DNA of 64,000 bases from an uncultured bacterium (GCA_963729625.1 CAVSOU010000010.1:1088001-1152000); one strand, 5' to 3'; positions 37,686 to 49,091 are shown, counted from the stretch's first letter. Translations and numbers: made by a program. The notes: a model not told the origin generated them from the letters alone.

Positions 37686-38930
37686 CTAAAGTTCGGACAC
37701 GACGGTTGTGGCGTCAGGGCGTCGTCGCACGTCTGGCAGCAGGGCCGTGCCCAACCCCGGCCCGGTCGGTGCGAGTATGTGACCGCCCTCCACGATTATG
37801 GGCTCGGTCACCATCTCGGGGTACGTGACATGCAGATAGGCCCGCACCGTCTCCTGATAGACTGCATTCGTCGCATTGATTGCCAGGTGGATGCCCGCCA
37901 TCATGGTGAAGGGACCGGTGCAATCGTGGAAGGCGACAGGGCGTCGATATGCTTCCGCCATCGTGGCAATCTTCTTGCTTTCGGTGATACCGCCCGCCCA
38001 GGTCGGATCAATCATGACAATGTCGACCGCTTGTTGCTCGAATAGCGCCTTGAACTCGTAGCGCGTCGTCAAGAACTCGCTGGCCAGGATAGGGGTGGAG
38101 GTGCTCCGCCGCAGCTCCGCGAGAGAGGAGATGTCGTCAGCACGCATCAGGTCTTCGAGCCATGCCGGCTGGAACTCTTCCACGGCGCGTGCGATGTGCT
38201 TCGCCGCCGGAAGCGACCAGAGACCATGCCCTTCTAGCATGATGTCCATCTTGTTGCCTACCGCGGCGCGGATTTTGCGAAACGGCTCCAGCCCGCGCTC
38301 GAGATCGCCCTCGTCGATGCGCTGGCCGCCAAGGGTGCGCAGCGCCGGGTCGAAGGCGCCGCGAAAGTCGCGCCACTTGTCCCAGGAACCTGGCGCGTGC
38401 ACGCCGGGATCGAAGGGCCAGATTTTCATCCCCGTAATGCCCTCTGCCAACAGGTCGAGCGCGAGCTCGTCGGCCCGCGTCATGAAGGCAATCAGGTCTT
38501 CGTAGCGGCCTGCACTTTCCTTCAGCGTGCCGCCGAGCGTGGACCGTCCATAGGCCGGGCCGCCACAGGTGTTGTAGGTCTTGATGCGATCGCGGGCCGC
38601 GCCCCCGAGCAACTGCCACACCGGCATGCCGGTGGCCTGACCGAATATGTCCCACAACGCTACGTCGAGCGCGGACAGCCCGCGGATCTCCGCGCCCTTA
38701 CCGACAATATGCGTAATGATCTCGTAGAGCCGGCGCCAATGCAGTTCGATCGCCAGGGGGTCGTGGCCCAGCAGCAGCGGCGCCGCAAACCTGTGGATAT
38801 ATCCACGCACGGCGTCCGGCATGTAGAAGGTGTCGGAATAGCCGACGAGCCCCTCGTCGGTGTGCACGGCGATGAAGAGGATATGCGGGTAGTCGGCCAG
38901 ATGGATCGTCTCGATCTTGGTCAGCTTCAT
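37686..38930 (-). CDS. Mandelate racemase/enolase superfamily protein (probable dehydratase)
   Basis: DVALWDI, YNTC, KIWPF, ligands EGH/WLED/ASE, HDCTG, QET and PGLG. Confidence 0.9.
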   Translation of the reverse strand: MKLTKIETIHLADYPHILFIAVHTDEGLVGYSDTFYMPDAVRGYIHRFAAPLLLGHDPLAIELHWRRLYEIITHIVGKGAEIRGLSALDVALWDIFGQATGMPVWQLLGGAARDRIKTYNTCGGPAYGRSTLGGTLKESAGRYEDLIAFMTRADELALDLLAEGITGMKIWPFDPGVHAPGSWDKWRDFRGAFDPALRTLGGQRIDEGDLERGLEPFRKIRAAVGNKMDIMLEGHGLWSLPAAKHIARAVEEFQPAWLEDLMRADDISSLAELRRSTSTPILASEFLTTRYEFKALFEQQAVDIVMIDPTWAGGITESKKIATMAEAYRRPVAFHDCTGPFTMMAGIHLAINATNAVYQETVRAYLHVTYPEMVTEPIIVEGGHILAPTGPGLGTALLPDVRRRPDATTVVSEL

Positions 38931-38971
38931 TGTTCTCTCTCCCATCGTTCACGCATTGACCGCTCCGGGCG

Positions 38972-39973
38972 TCAGACCACGGATATGCCCTCGTTTGCAA
39001 AACGCCAACCGGATAAATTGCTGGTCGACCGAAGCACGCCACTCTCCGCGAGGCCCGCCAACACGAGGCTGTTGGCCGGGAATGTCGGTGCTACGGCGAT
39101 GCACAGGACGCCCGAAGCCTCCACGCGGCGCGACCAGGTCTCCCCCCCATCGTGCGAGACGCATACATCGGAATCGGTGGCCATCAGCATCGTGTGGTCA
39201 TCACCAAAGCCGGGCGAGAGCACGATGGCGTTGACACTGACCTCGCCCAGCCCCGGCGCCAGCGGTTGCCACGTGACGCCGCGATCTCGCGAGCAGAACA
39301 AGCCGGCTCCCTCCGTGCCGGCGAAGAGAGTATCGTCAGCGCTGAAGTCTGGCGAGATGGCCAGGCATTGCACGGCGACGCCTTCCGCGGGCGTGCCTAT
39401 CTCGCGCCAGGCCCGCGCGCCATTCGGACTGCGAAATATGCCCGTGGCTGTGGCCGCGAACAGCGTTTCGTCCTGCTCGAACGCCGGAGACACTGCCAGC
39501 GACAGCACGTCAAGATCGAGGAGTCCAAAGGTGCCGGTCTCCCACCTCCCACCTCCGTTTCGCGAGACGAGCACACCGCCGGACATGACCGCGGCGAACG
39601 CCACCCCATCGCGCGCAAAGGCGGGCGACACGGCAATCGCGGCAAACCCGCCCGCACGCCTTGGCAGATCGGCCACGGACCATTCCGCTCCGTCGCCGAT
39701 TACGCGATAGAGGCTGCCTTCCAGGCTTGCCGCGAGAAGCACCCGATCGTGACTGAAACCAGGGGAAATCGCCAGGGCGCTGAGGGACGGCTTCCCGCTA
39801 TCGGGGCCTACAGGCCGCCAGGTTCGCCCAGCGTCGGTCGAGGTGAAGAGGCCGGCAAGGGTGGCCGCAAACGCCGTTTGATCGTTGTCGAAGTTCGGTG
39901 ATAGCGCGATGGCAGTGACGCTGGCGGCCGGTGGCGCTGCCATGAGTTCCGGGTTGCTTTCAGTTTCCGACAT
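38972..39973 (-). CDS. Cytoplasmic seven-repeat BNR/Asp-box beta-propeller protein
   Basis: Seven AxSPxFxxD repeats, several followed by S-x-D/N-x-G-x-x-W Asp-boxes; no signal peptide. Confidence 0.85.
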   Translation of the reverse strand: MSETESNPELMAAPPAASVTAIALSPNFDNDQTAFAATLAGLFTSTDAGRTWRPVGPDSGKPSLSALAISPGFSHDRVLLAASLEGSLYRVIGDGAEWSVADLPRRAGGFAAIAVSPAFARDGVAFAAVMSGGVLVSRNGGGRWETGTFGLLDLDVLSLAVSPAFEQDETLFAATATGIFRSPNGARAWREIGTPAEGVAVQCLAISPDFSADDTLFAGTEGAGLFCSRDRGVTWQPLAPGLGEVSVNAIVLSPGFGDDHTMLMATDSDVCVSHDGGETWSRRVEASGVLCIAVAPTFPANSLVLAGLAESGVLRSTSNLSGWRFANEGISVV

Positions 39974-40495
39974 GAAGACCCATCCTTGCTGAGCGAATGA
40001 CGTTGACGTTCCGGTTCCTGTCTATGCGGCGCCGATACCGGATCAAGACACGGTAGTCCCTTCAGCCGACCACAGCCCGGGACGGCGCCGCTGCGGCGGT
40101 GGCGTCCCGGCGGATGTTACGTCGAGCGCGCGTACAACGGGCCACGGCCCGGGGTGCCACGAACCGCGCTTCGCGCCGGTACCCGGTGAGTCGCCTTCCC
40201 CTTCCGCCGCGGCTGGAGGTCAATATCCTGGAAGACCGCGATGGCGCCGCCGCGATGGTCCACGACGCTGGTCGCGGACCATCCCGATGGACGAAACGCC
40301 TGTGGCACGCGCAACCGGCCACAGCCGCGGTGTGCCCGCGATTCGGGTCGCCTTCCATCCGCGATCCGGCCCGGCAGGTACCCCGGCTGGAGGTCGATTA
40401 CCTGGACGCCGGCAATCCTGCATATGGCAGCTAGCTGGGCTCGATGCCGCACTGAATAGGCAAGCGTATGTGCGCACGCGTCTGCCGCTACCTCG

Positions 40496-41371
40496 TCACG
40501 CCTCCGCGGTGACGGGATTCACCAGCGTGTCCAGCCCCTGGATCTCCACGCGCACTACGTCACCCGGTCGCAGGAATCGTTGCGGCTTCCGAGCGGCGCC
40601 GACCCCTTCCGGCGTCCCGGTGGCAATGACGTCGCCTGGCTCGAGCGTCATCGCGGCACTGATGTAGGCGATAAGTGTCGCAATCGGGAAGATCATCTTC
40701 CTTGTGTTCGACGACTGCAGTACCTCATCGCCAATCGTCAGGCGCAAATCCAGGATCTGCGGATCCGGTACTTCATCTGCGGTGACCAGCGTGGGGCCCA
40801 TGGGTCCGAAGGTGTCGAAGGTCTTGCCGATCACCCATTGGCTGGTTCGGGACTGGAAGTCGCGGGCGCTCACGTCGTTGTAGGGGGCATAGCCGCCAAC
40901 AAATCGAAGTGCTTCATGCGCCGCCACGTTCTTGGCGCGCCGGCCGATCACGACGGCTAGCTCGCCTTCGTAATCCACCTGCGTGCTGATCTTGGGTAAC
41001 ACGATGGCATCACCCGACGCAATCATGGTGTTCGCATACTTGGCGAAGATGATCGGGTATGTCGATGGGGCTGCATTGGATTCCGACGCATGCTCGACAT
41101 AGTTCTGACCAATGCAGACGATCTTTCCCGGTCGCGGTACAGGTGACAGCAGCCTGACCTTCTCAAGGGGTAGACGCACTTGAGGGCCGGCGTGCTCTGC
41201 TGCCGCGCGCGCTCGCGCCAGTACGGCGTCTCCACCCTCGAGGAACGCTATGATGTCTGACGGAATGCTGGGATCGGCTCGATTAAGGTCGATGACCTCG
41301 TCACTGCCGTGAGCCTGTTGCATGGCGCCTAGCCGAGTTCCACCCTCATGGACAAAGCTTACCAATCGCAT
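40496..41371 (-). CDS. Fumarylacetoacetate hydrolase family protein
   Basis: KIVCIGQNY, DYEGEL, NDVSARD, GKTFDTFGP and TGTPEGVG motifs. Confidence 0.95.
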   Translation of the reverse strand: MRLVSFVHEGGTRLGAMQQAHGSDEVIDLNRADPSIPSDIIAFLEGGDAVLARARAAAEHAGPQVRLPLEKVRLLSPVPRPGKIVCIGQNYVEHASESNAAPSTYPIIFAKYANTMIASGDAIVLPKISTQVDYEGELAVVIGRRAKNVAAHEALRFVGGYAPYNDVSARDFQSRTSQWVIGKTFDTFGPMGPTLVTADEVPDPQILDLRLTIGDEVLQSSNTRKMIFPIATLIAYISAAMTLEPGDVIATGTPEGVGAARKPQRFLRPGDVVRVEIQGLDTLVNPVTAEA

Positions 41372-41810
41372 GTCTTCCTCTCCCTTTCTTGCCCGGTCGC
41401 CAGGTTCTGACCTGAGCGTTCTCCCGCGAAGCGGCGCCTAGTGGGTCGCTTGTCACGTTCATCGCCGTTCAACAGCGGCCTGAAGGCCACAGTTAGCTCA
41501 GCACGTGAGGACACCCACTCTTGTGGGTACCCGCGGCCTGAAGGCCGGAGTCTCACACGAAGCGGCAATGGCCAAGAGCAACGCACTTGACCCGCTAGTT
41601 CACACATCCGGCCCCGCCCAACGTTGCGATCAGCGTATCACTGTCGGGGCCACGCCTTACACGATACCTCCCTCTTCCGCGATCCCGAACGGAATTGCCG
41701 GCTACGCTCGGTACGCAACCACAGGCCGGCCGTCAATGCGCGGATGCCGACGACCGATACCGGCAGCAGCGCGCCAGCGGGCATCGCTTCCACCTTCCAT
41801 GGCACAAACG

Positions 41811-42773
41811 TTACGCGTGAACGAATGAAGCTTGGGCCGCTACATCTTTCAGCAGTCCGTGCCTGCGCAGGACGGTCCTGATCTCGTCCCGCTGTGCAGT
41901 GTTGGGCGTCGAATAGGGCTCGGACGGACGGCCGCTGCCAAAGCCGAGATCGCCACAGGCGGCGATGAGCGCTGCAAGCAACTGGCCCTGAAAGAACAGG
42001 GAATAGAGATCGGTGATACGCTCCTGCAACTGCAGGCACGTCTGAATGTCGCCGCGGTGGCCCGCTCGCACGAGATCCACGAAGTAATGCGGAGCCACGT
42101 TGGCGAGGCCCGCGATCACCCCGTCGCCGCCCAGCAGCATGCTGGCCGCCATCACGCGCTCCGCCCCTTGCAGCACGCGGAAATCCGGGCGCTGCCGCTT
42201 GAGCGCAAGGTGGCTCTGGAAGACGGTCATGTCGGCAGAAGTGTCCTTGATCGCCAGGACGCGGGGCTCGCGAGCCAGCCCGGCAACGGTATCAGGGTAA
42301 ATAGGGTAGCCCGTGCACTGCGGAATATTATAGAGCACCACCGGGAGCTTCACCGCGGCCAGAATGGCCTCGACATGTCGCAGCTGTTCCGCGGTCGCCA
42401 CCGAATTGTAGTAGGGGGTACCGGCCACGATCGCGTCGGCACCCTCTGCCTCTGCCCGACGCGCGGCTTCCCGCGCGGGGCCGGTGGCCGGCAGCATGCA
42501 GCCGGCCAGCACCGGAACGCGCCCGTCCGTGGCGGCAACCACCGCTCGCAGCGCAACGCTGCGCTCCTCGGTGGTCAGCCACGGTCCCAAGCCGCAGCCG
42601 CCGATCGCGAAGATGCCGCTGCAGCCGGCCTCCAGCACATGGTTTACCAGGGCGCCTGCCGCGCCCTCATCCACTTCTCCGTTTTGCTTGAGCGGCGTGA
42701 TGACTGGAGGTACCACGCCACACAGCGCCTCGGTCCACGTCCATTGCTTGGTTTGCGGTTGTGCCAAACTCAT
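41811..42773 (-). CDS. DapA/NAL family aldolase or dehydratase
   Basis: PPVITP, GRVPVLAG, PYY, LYNIPQ and Schiff-base IKDTS; GGCGLG replaces GTTGE. Confidence 0.88.
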   Translation of the reverse strand: MSLAQPQTKQWTWTEALCGVVPPVITPLKQNGEVDEGAAGALVNHVLEAGCSGIFAIGGCGLGPWLTTEERSVALRAVVAATDGRVPVLAGCMLPATGPAREAARRAEAEGADAIVAGTPYYNSVATAEQLRHVEAILAAVKLPVVLYNIPQCTGYPIYPDTVAGLAREPRVLAIKDTSADMTVFQSHLALKRQRPDFRVLQGAERVMAASMLLGGDGVIAGLANVAPHYFVDLVRAGHRGDIQTCLQLQERITDLYSLFFQGQLLAALIAACGDLGFGSGRPSEPYSTPNTAQRDEIRTVLRRHGLLKDVAAQASFVHA

Positions 42774-42955
42774 GCTTCTTCCATCTTTCTATCTGAACTC
42801 TGTGTCACACTGTCAGCCGCGTATGTCCAGACCGCGCCAACCATCCTGATCAAGACCAGCCTGTCAGCTACAAAAGGTCACGCTCGCCGCGACCACAGTT
42901 CCCAATGGCGCCGATACGACTCGACTCATGCTGCAACGAATCATTGCTGGCATAG

Positions 42956-43945
42956 CTAAGAGGAACGGCCCGTGCCCACGCGCTTTTCCCACACAGCAGG
43001 ATTGACAAGACCTATCGGTCGCTTGCCACGCAAGATGGCCAGTACCGCCTCCGCAGCCATCGTTCCTCCCGCCACCCGCATCGCTTCAGTGCGGCCGGCA
43101 GCATGCGGAGTCAGCACAACATTGTCCAGTTCGGCAAAGCGCCCCCCCGTGCTGGGCTCGACTACCCGCACGTCAAGTCCTGCACCGGCAATCCGTTCGT
43201 TTCGCAGAACGTCGTACAACGCATCCTCATCGACAAGACCACCCCGTGCCGTGTTGATCAAATACGCTGTCGGCTTCATCAGGGCGAGACGACGGGCGTC
43301 GACAAGGCCGGCAGTGCTTGCCAGGAGCGGCGCATGCAGTGAAACGAAATCACTCTCGCGGAACAGGTCGTCAAGATCGACCAACTCGACGCCAAATTCT
43401 GCCACAAACGCGGTATCGGGCGCCGGTTCGAAGGCGAGTACGCGCATGTCGAACCCTTTGGCCCGGCGAACAACTGCCTTCCCGATACCACCCAGGCCGA
43501 CCACACCCAGCGTCTGGCGAAAGACGTCCGCGCGCACCAGCCCCAGCCACGCTCCCCGGCGTATTGCCTGGTCGTCGCGGATGATGCGGTGTGCCAACAC
43601 CAGCATCAGACCGAATGTGTGGTCGGCAACCGGCTCCGTGTTTGCGCCGGGCGTGACGGTGACGATGACTTCACGTTTCGTCGCTGCCTCGACGTCGACC
43701 GAGTTGTAGCCGACGCCGTGACGGGCAACGTGTCGCAGCATGGGGACGGCTGCGAAGATCTCGTCCGTATACGGCTCGTCTCCACAAATCGTCGCCACGC
43801 AGCCACCTGCCAGCTCGATGAGCTCCGCAGAATTGGCCGGCCTTCGCGGCGCATAGCGCAGGTCAACGCCCCCCTGCTCGAGCATGCTGACGCCGCCGCT
43901 GTCGCCAGGCTTCAGCATGTCAGTCGTGATCAGGACCGTCGGCAT
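42956..43945 (-). CDS. D-2-hydroxyacid dehydrogenase (PGDH-like)
   Basis: GVGYN, GLGGIG, NTARG, GLDVRVVEP and TPH motifs. Confidence 0.92.
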   Translation of the reverse strand: MPTVLITTDMLKPGDSGGVSMLEQGGVDLRYAPRRPANSAELIELAGGCVATICGDEPYTDEIFAAVPMLRHVARHGVGYNSVDVEAATKREVIVTVTPGANTEPVADHTFGLMLVLAHRIIRDDQAIRRGAWLGLVRADVFRQTLGVVGLGGIGKAVVRRAKGFDMRVLAFEPAPDTAFVAEFGVELVDLDDLFRESDFVSLHAPLLASTAGLVDARRLALMKPTAYLINTARGGLVDEDALYDVLRNERIAGAGLDVRVVEPSTGGRFAELDNVVLTPHAAGRTEAMRVAGGTMAAEAVLAILRGKRPIGLVNPAVWEKRVGTGRSS

Positions 43946-43969
43946 AAGCCACCCTCCCTAAGCCGCTCG

Positions 43970-44962
43970 CTACACCGAAATGGCGGGACGTGCATAGCGG
44001 CCAAAGCGCTCGCCCGCAGCCAGGTACGCCCGGTAGTTGGCCTCCGGCATCGTAATCAACGTGTCCGGCGCCAGAATGAATCCGCCCCCTGGGGCGAGCA
44101 GGTCGATGCGAGCCTTCACCTCGGCCTCGACCTCCTCAGGCGTGCCGAGCGTCAAGATTCGCTGGGTGTCCATGCCACCCAGCAGGCACAACCGGTCGCC
44201 ATAGAGACGCTTGGCTGCAGCCTGATCGTTGGCCATCACCTGCACGGGGTCCAGGATGTCCACGCCAATCTCGACCAGGTCAGGCAGGATCTCCATGACT
44301 CGACCGCATGAGTGCAGCCAAAAGAGAGCGCCACCATCCTTCGCGGCCCTAACGATGCGCGCCAGCTCGGGTTTGATGAACGTGCGCCAGAGACGTGGCC
44401 CCAGAAGCATAGAGCGCTGCGTCCCGTAGTCGTCCAGGCCACGGATAATATCGACGCCCATGGCCAGGTAACGCTGGATGATACCGATCTGATAGTCGGC
44501 GATGCGCTGCAGGAGCACGTGCATCTGTTCCGGCCGATCTATCAGCGCGAGGAGGAAGTTATCCATGCCCATCAGGGTGTGCGCCCGATCCTGGACCGGA
44601 AACATTAGCTCGCCGGTGACAAGCACCTGACGTCTATCCACACCGTCGTAGAGACCGTCCATCATGCCCGGTTCATCCGGATCCGGGAACGAATAGGAGT
44701 CCAGACGGTCCAGGTCCTGCAGCGGATGGTGCACAGGGTAGCCCTGGATCTCGGGTTCAAAGTCGGATTTCGCGGCAATGCCGCCGGCCCAGGTCACGCC
44801 CCAGCGATCGGTTCCACTGAGCAGCGCCCGGCTGTTCCGGTAGATCAGGCGAACCATGCCGGGAACACTGCCGTCCAGCCGCCGAACCGGAACGTACTCT
44901 GGGTCGTTGTGCATGATTGCTCGCAGCAAGTTTTCGCGCTCGCTCAGGTTCGTGTTCGTCAC
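43970..44962 (-). CDS. URO-D/MtaA-CmuA family protein (3)
   Basis: SERENL, DRWG, DDYGTQ, HSCG, DPVQ, GGMDTQ and GGGFILAPD motifs. Confidence 0.88.
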   Translation of the reverse strand: MTNTNLSERENLLRAIMHNDPEYVPVRRLDGSVPGMVRLIYRNSRALLSGTDRWGVTWAGGIAAKSDFEPEIQGYPVHHPLQDLDRLDSYSFPDPDEPGMMDGLYDGVDRRQVLVTGELMFPVQDRAHTLMGMDNFLLALIDRPEQMHVLLQRIADYQIGIIQRYLAMGVDIIRGLDDYGTQRSMLLGPRLWRTFIKPELARIVRAAKDGGALFWLHSCGRVMEILPDLVEIGVDILDPVQVMANDQAAAKRLYGDRLCLLGGMDTQRILTLGTPEEVEAEVKARIDLLAPGGGFILAPDTLITMPEANYRAYLAAGERFGRYARPAISV

Positions 44963-45043
44963 GCGCCCTCCGCTCCGCCGTCACCAGTCATCGCTCGCTC
45001 CCCACCTGGACCAATCCTTGCATCCACGCATTCCCAGCATCGA

Positions 45044-45788
<745 letters not shown>

Positions 45789-45891
45789 TGCTCACCATCT
45801 CCGTTCGCAATGACCTTGACCGGATGATTGCGCGAGATATGGGCAGTACCAGGCGCTCCGTCGCAACGCTTGACGCGCCAGGGAGCGAGAC

Positions 45892-47034
45892 TCATCCGCC
45901 ATTGGCGGTCTCCTCAACGCGCACCGGATACGTGCCGAACTGTTCGACCAATTCGGTAATGCGCTCTATGCGTTCGATGAGGCACAAAGGCATCGTGTTG
46001 TCCGCCACACCCAGAATGAAGCTATCGCCCGGCGCGACCGTGCGGAACACGTTGCGAACAAACTCCTCGAACTCCTCCCATGGCGTCGTCGCCTCCAGCA
46101 GGATCGACGGCACTCCGCCCCAGATGATTACGTCATTGCCCCAGGATTCGCGTGCCTCGGCGAGGGTGCAACGGACCATCGGCTCCGTCGTGAAGCACTC
46201 AGCCATATCGAAGCCTGCTTCCTTGATATGAGGCAGAATTCGACGCGAGTTGTTGTCGGCATGGAACGCCAGCGACTTGCCGTGCTGGTGCAGAATGGCG
46301 GAGAACTCCCGGTAGTATGGAGTGATATATGGCTCGAAGTAGTGGGGAGGCGTCATTTGCGAGTCGAAGTGCACGCCGTGCAGGATCAGTCGGGCATCCG
46401 AGGCCGCGACCACCGGCCAAAGGCGCTCCCGCTCACAGTCGGTCATCACGCGTAACAGGCGCTCCACGCGCTGCGGCCGATCGAACAACTCAAGATAGGC
46501 GTGCTGGTACCCGGCAAGTGTCATCAAGTAGTTGTGGAACGGACAGTCACCCGCGTCGACCAGCGGCAAGCCGTCATCGCCGATCCATGCATCGTAGTCG
46601 CGGTAGGCTTCGGGCGTGGGATCGTAGAACGTGTGCTCGGCTACGTATTCCCAAATGTCGTAATCGTGTTCATCTTTGATCGGGAACTCGACGTCCATGG
46701 CGTCATCCGCGTAGCCAACCAGAGATGCCGCCAGCTCGGCCCTCTTGGTCGCGGTTCCGTGCGGCGTAACATACCGGGTAGTCCTGACTCTCCCCCTGTT
46801 GGTTGTTATGACCTCCATGCCCTCATAACGCACGACAAAAATGCGTCCCTCGCGCGCCGGTGTGCCTACCCCGAGAGCGCGCTCCACCTCTCGGAGTGAC
46901 ATGCCGGCGAAGCGCTCAGGCAGGTTGCCCTCGGCGCGGCGCGCGTTATACCAGAGCTGCAGCCGCGGAATCCACGGGATGCGATCGGGACTCTTGCGGT
47001 CGAGAATAGCCAGGAGCCGCTCACGATTTGTCAC
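45892..47034 (-). CDS. URO-D/MtaA-CmuA family protein (4)
   Basis: MTNRERL...PDRIPW, TPHG, HADN, IIWGGVP and FILGVADN motifs. Confidence 0.82.
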   Translation of the reverse strand: MTNRERLLAILDRKSPDRIPWIPRLQLWYNARRAEGNLPERFAGMSLREVERALGVGTPAREGRIFVVRYEGMEVITTNRGRVRTTRYVTPHGTATKRAELAASLVGYADDAMDVEFPIKDEHDYDIWEYVAEHTFYDPTPEAYRDYDAWIGDDGLPLVDAGDCPFHNYLMTLAGYQHAYLELFDRPQRVERLLRVMTDCERERLWPVVAASDARLILHGVHFDSQMTPPHYFEPYITPYYREFSAILHQHGKSLAFHADNNSRRILPHIKEAGFDMAECFTTEPMVRCTLAEARESWGNDVIIWGGVPSILLEATTPWEEFEEFVRNVFRTVAPGDSFILGVADNTMPLCLIERIERITELVEQFGTYPVRVEETANGG

Positions 47035-47116
47035 GGATCCGTTCCCTCGGGAACGCGACGTGTATTCGGAGCAACGTCTGGCAAGATTCGCCCACTCGGC
47101 CTGATGCGAAGCGCCC

Positions 47117-48238
47117 TCAACTGCCTGCTCGCACGCTGTTAAGCTGCTGGGCGGCGCGCATCATGGCCATGTAGTTGGCGTGCTGAACGCCGACCATCAC
47201 GCTATTGCCACACGTGAGCACGAGGCCGCCGGAACGCGGCGCGCTCTCGAATGCCACGCGCACCTCCTCCTCGACCTCCGCCTCGGTGCCGGCGACCAAA
47301 GTATCGACGTCCACGCCGCCCCAGAAGCAGAGACGGCCGCCGTAGCGCTCTTGCAGCGCGGGAAGGGTCATGCCAAGGCGTGGCTGTATTCCTTGCCAGC
47401 CGTCAATCCCCGCCTCGACCAGCATGTCCAGTAAGGCCCACATATTGCCATCGGTGTGCTTGATCAAGTACTTGCCCTTGGCGTGCGCGGCATCGCACTC
47501 GGCCTTGAGCCAGGGAAACATGAACCTGCGAAACATCCGCGGGGACATAAACGGGCCGCTATTGCCGGCCAGATCGCTGGTAGGCAGCACGGCGTCACAG
47601 CCGGCGTCCAGGAGTGCGTCGGCTACGGCAATGCAGTGCTTCGTCTCCACTTCGACGATGCGGGCCACGACGTCAGGATGGTCCACCATGTTGCGCAGCA
47701 CGTACTCGAATGTATAGCGCACGATCGGGAATATGCCGTCGCCGGGCCGCCCCAGGATGAAGTGGGTGCCACCCATCTCCTTCACCACGTACCGCACCAG
47801 TTCCAGCTCCGACTCGTCGGGCTCAAAGGGGATCTCCTGGATATCGTCCACGGTCACGTCGGGTTGATCCACGAGCATTGCGTGGCCCTGGCTTTCGGGC
47901 GAGTAGACGAAGACGCGCCCATCTGGATCCCGCCACTTGTAGGTATCCAGGAACTCTGGCACGACCGGCGGCTGGAGACAGGACGGCACCAAGAAGGCTG
48001 GAACAACGTCGTGGTCGAGCGCTCGGGCTAGGTCGACGATGTCACGCTTGCATGAGTCGACATAGTCATCTCGCCTGCCTTGCCACAGCGCGGTGAACTC
48101 CTTCCACTTAGCTCGGTACAGCGTGGGGTGGCCGAGCACCTGCTCGGTGATGGCAAAATCAATGCCGGTTTCTCCGACCGGAATGCGATCCGGGTGACCA
48201 AAGTCCAGTGCGGCTATCACGCGTTCCTTGGGCAGCAT
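47117..48238 (-). CDS. URO-D/MtaA-CmuA family protein (5)
   Basis: PKERV...PDRIP, SDLAGNSGPFMSP, KHTDGN, FWGGVD and LTCGNS motifs. Confidence 0.85.
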   Translation of the reverse strand: MLPKERVIAALDFGHPDRIPVGETGIDFAITEQVLGHPTLYRAKWKEFTALWQGRRDDYVDSCKRDIVDLARALDHDVVPAFLVPSCLQPPVVPEFLDTYKWRDPDGRVFVYSPESQGHAMLVDQPDVTVDDIQEIPFEPDESELELVRYVVKEMGGTHFILGRPGDGIFPIVRYTFEYVLRNMVDHPDVVARIVEVETKHCIAVADALLDAGCDAVLPTSDLAGNSGPFMSPRMFRRFMFPWLKAECDAAHAKGKYLIKHTDGNMWALLDMLVEAGIDGWQGIQPRLGMTLPALQERYGGRLCFWGGVDVDTLVAGTEAEVEEEVRVAFESAPRSGGLVLTCGNSVMVGVQHANYMAMMRAAQQLNSVRAGS

Positions 48239-48260
48239 AGTACTCTCCAGTGCTCGACCG

Positions 48261-49001
48261 CTAACCTGGGTTTCGGCCAGCCTTCGCCGGCAGGGCATCG
48301 CGCCCCGACCGATTCGGCTTCAGCCGCTCATCCATGCTGGTAAAGTGGGGAACCAGGAGTCGGCTGGCCGCCTCACCGTCCCTGGCCTCCAGCGCGTGCA
48401 AGATCTGCTCGTGGCTCTGGGCCTCCTGGTGGGGGTCCCGCACCTCAAGAAGGGAGCGATCTCGCAGGTGCTTGTATACATCCCAGAACACATCCAGGAG
48501 TTTGATCAGCAGCCGATTGCCGCCCGCCCCGTAGATCGTGCGATGAAAGGCGATGTCTTCCTCGAGGAAGATGCGGCCCTGATCCGCCCTGCGATACATC
48601 GCTTCGACCAACGCACGCAGGTTATCCAGCGTGCCCTCATTCATGGCGGCCGCGGCGTCGGCAATGAAGCTTATCTCCAGTCGTTCACGTACTTCCAGCA
48701 CTTCACGGACGTCTTCGACGTCAAAGAGCATGCTGTAGTTCAGGTTCTGCACGATAGGATCCAGGTTGAAGCTGTTGACGTAGTGACCTTCCCCGCGCCG
48801 CGACGTGATCACGCCTAACGACTGCAGCGATCGCAGGGCCTCGCGCACACCGGAGCGACTCACGCGGAGCTGCGCGGCCAGCCGTGCTTCGGTGGGCAGC
48901 GGGTCTCCGGCCCGGAGCCTGTTCGTGATGATGTAGTCCTTGACGCCAGCGACAAGGGCATCATGGACTGTCGGCATCTCGATCTGTCTCAACGTTTCCA
49001 T
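48261..49001 (-). CDS. GntR/FadR family transcriptional regulator
   Basis: LPTEARLAAQLRVSRSGVREAL wHTH; FCD domain with EVRERLE, DIAFH and HEQIL. Confidence 0.93.
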   Translation of the reverse strand: METLRQIEMPTVHDALVAGVKDYIITNRLRAGDPLPTEARLAAQLRVSRSGVREALRSLQSLGVITSRRGEGHYVNSFNLDPIVQNLNYSMLFDVEDVREVLEVRERLEISFIADAAAAMNEGTLDNLRALVEAMYRRADQGRIFLEEDIAFHRTIYGAGGNRLLIKLLDVFWDVYKHLRDRSLLEVRDPHQEAQSHEQILHALEARDGEAASRLLVPHFTSMDERLKPNRSGRDALPAKAGRNPG

Positions 49002-49091
49002 CGGCTCGTCACTTACCCTGGAACACGACATCCTGCTAGGCGGCGGCACGCCAGCCACTCCTGGTCCGGCACAACGCGACTGGAGCGAACC

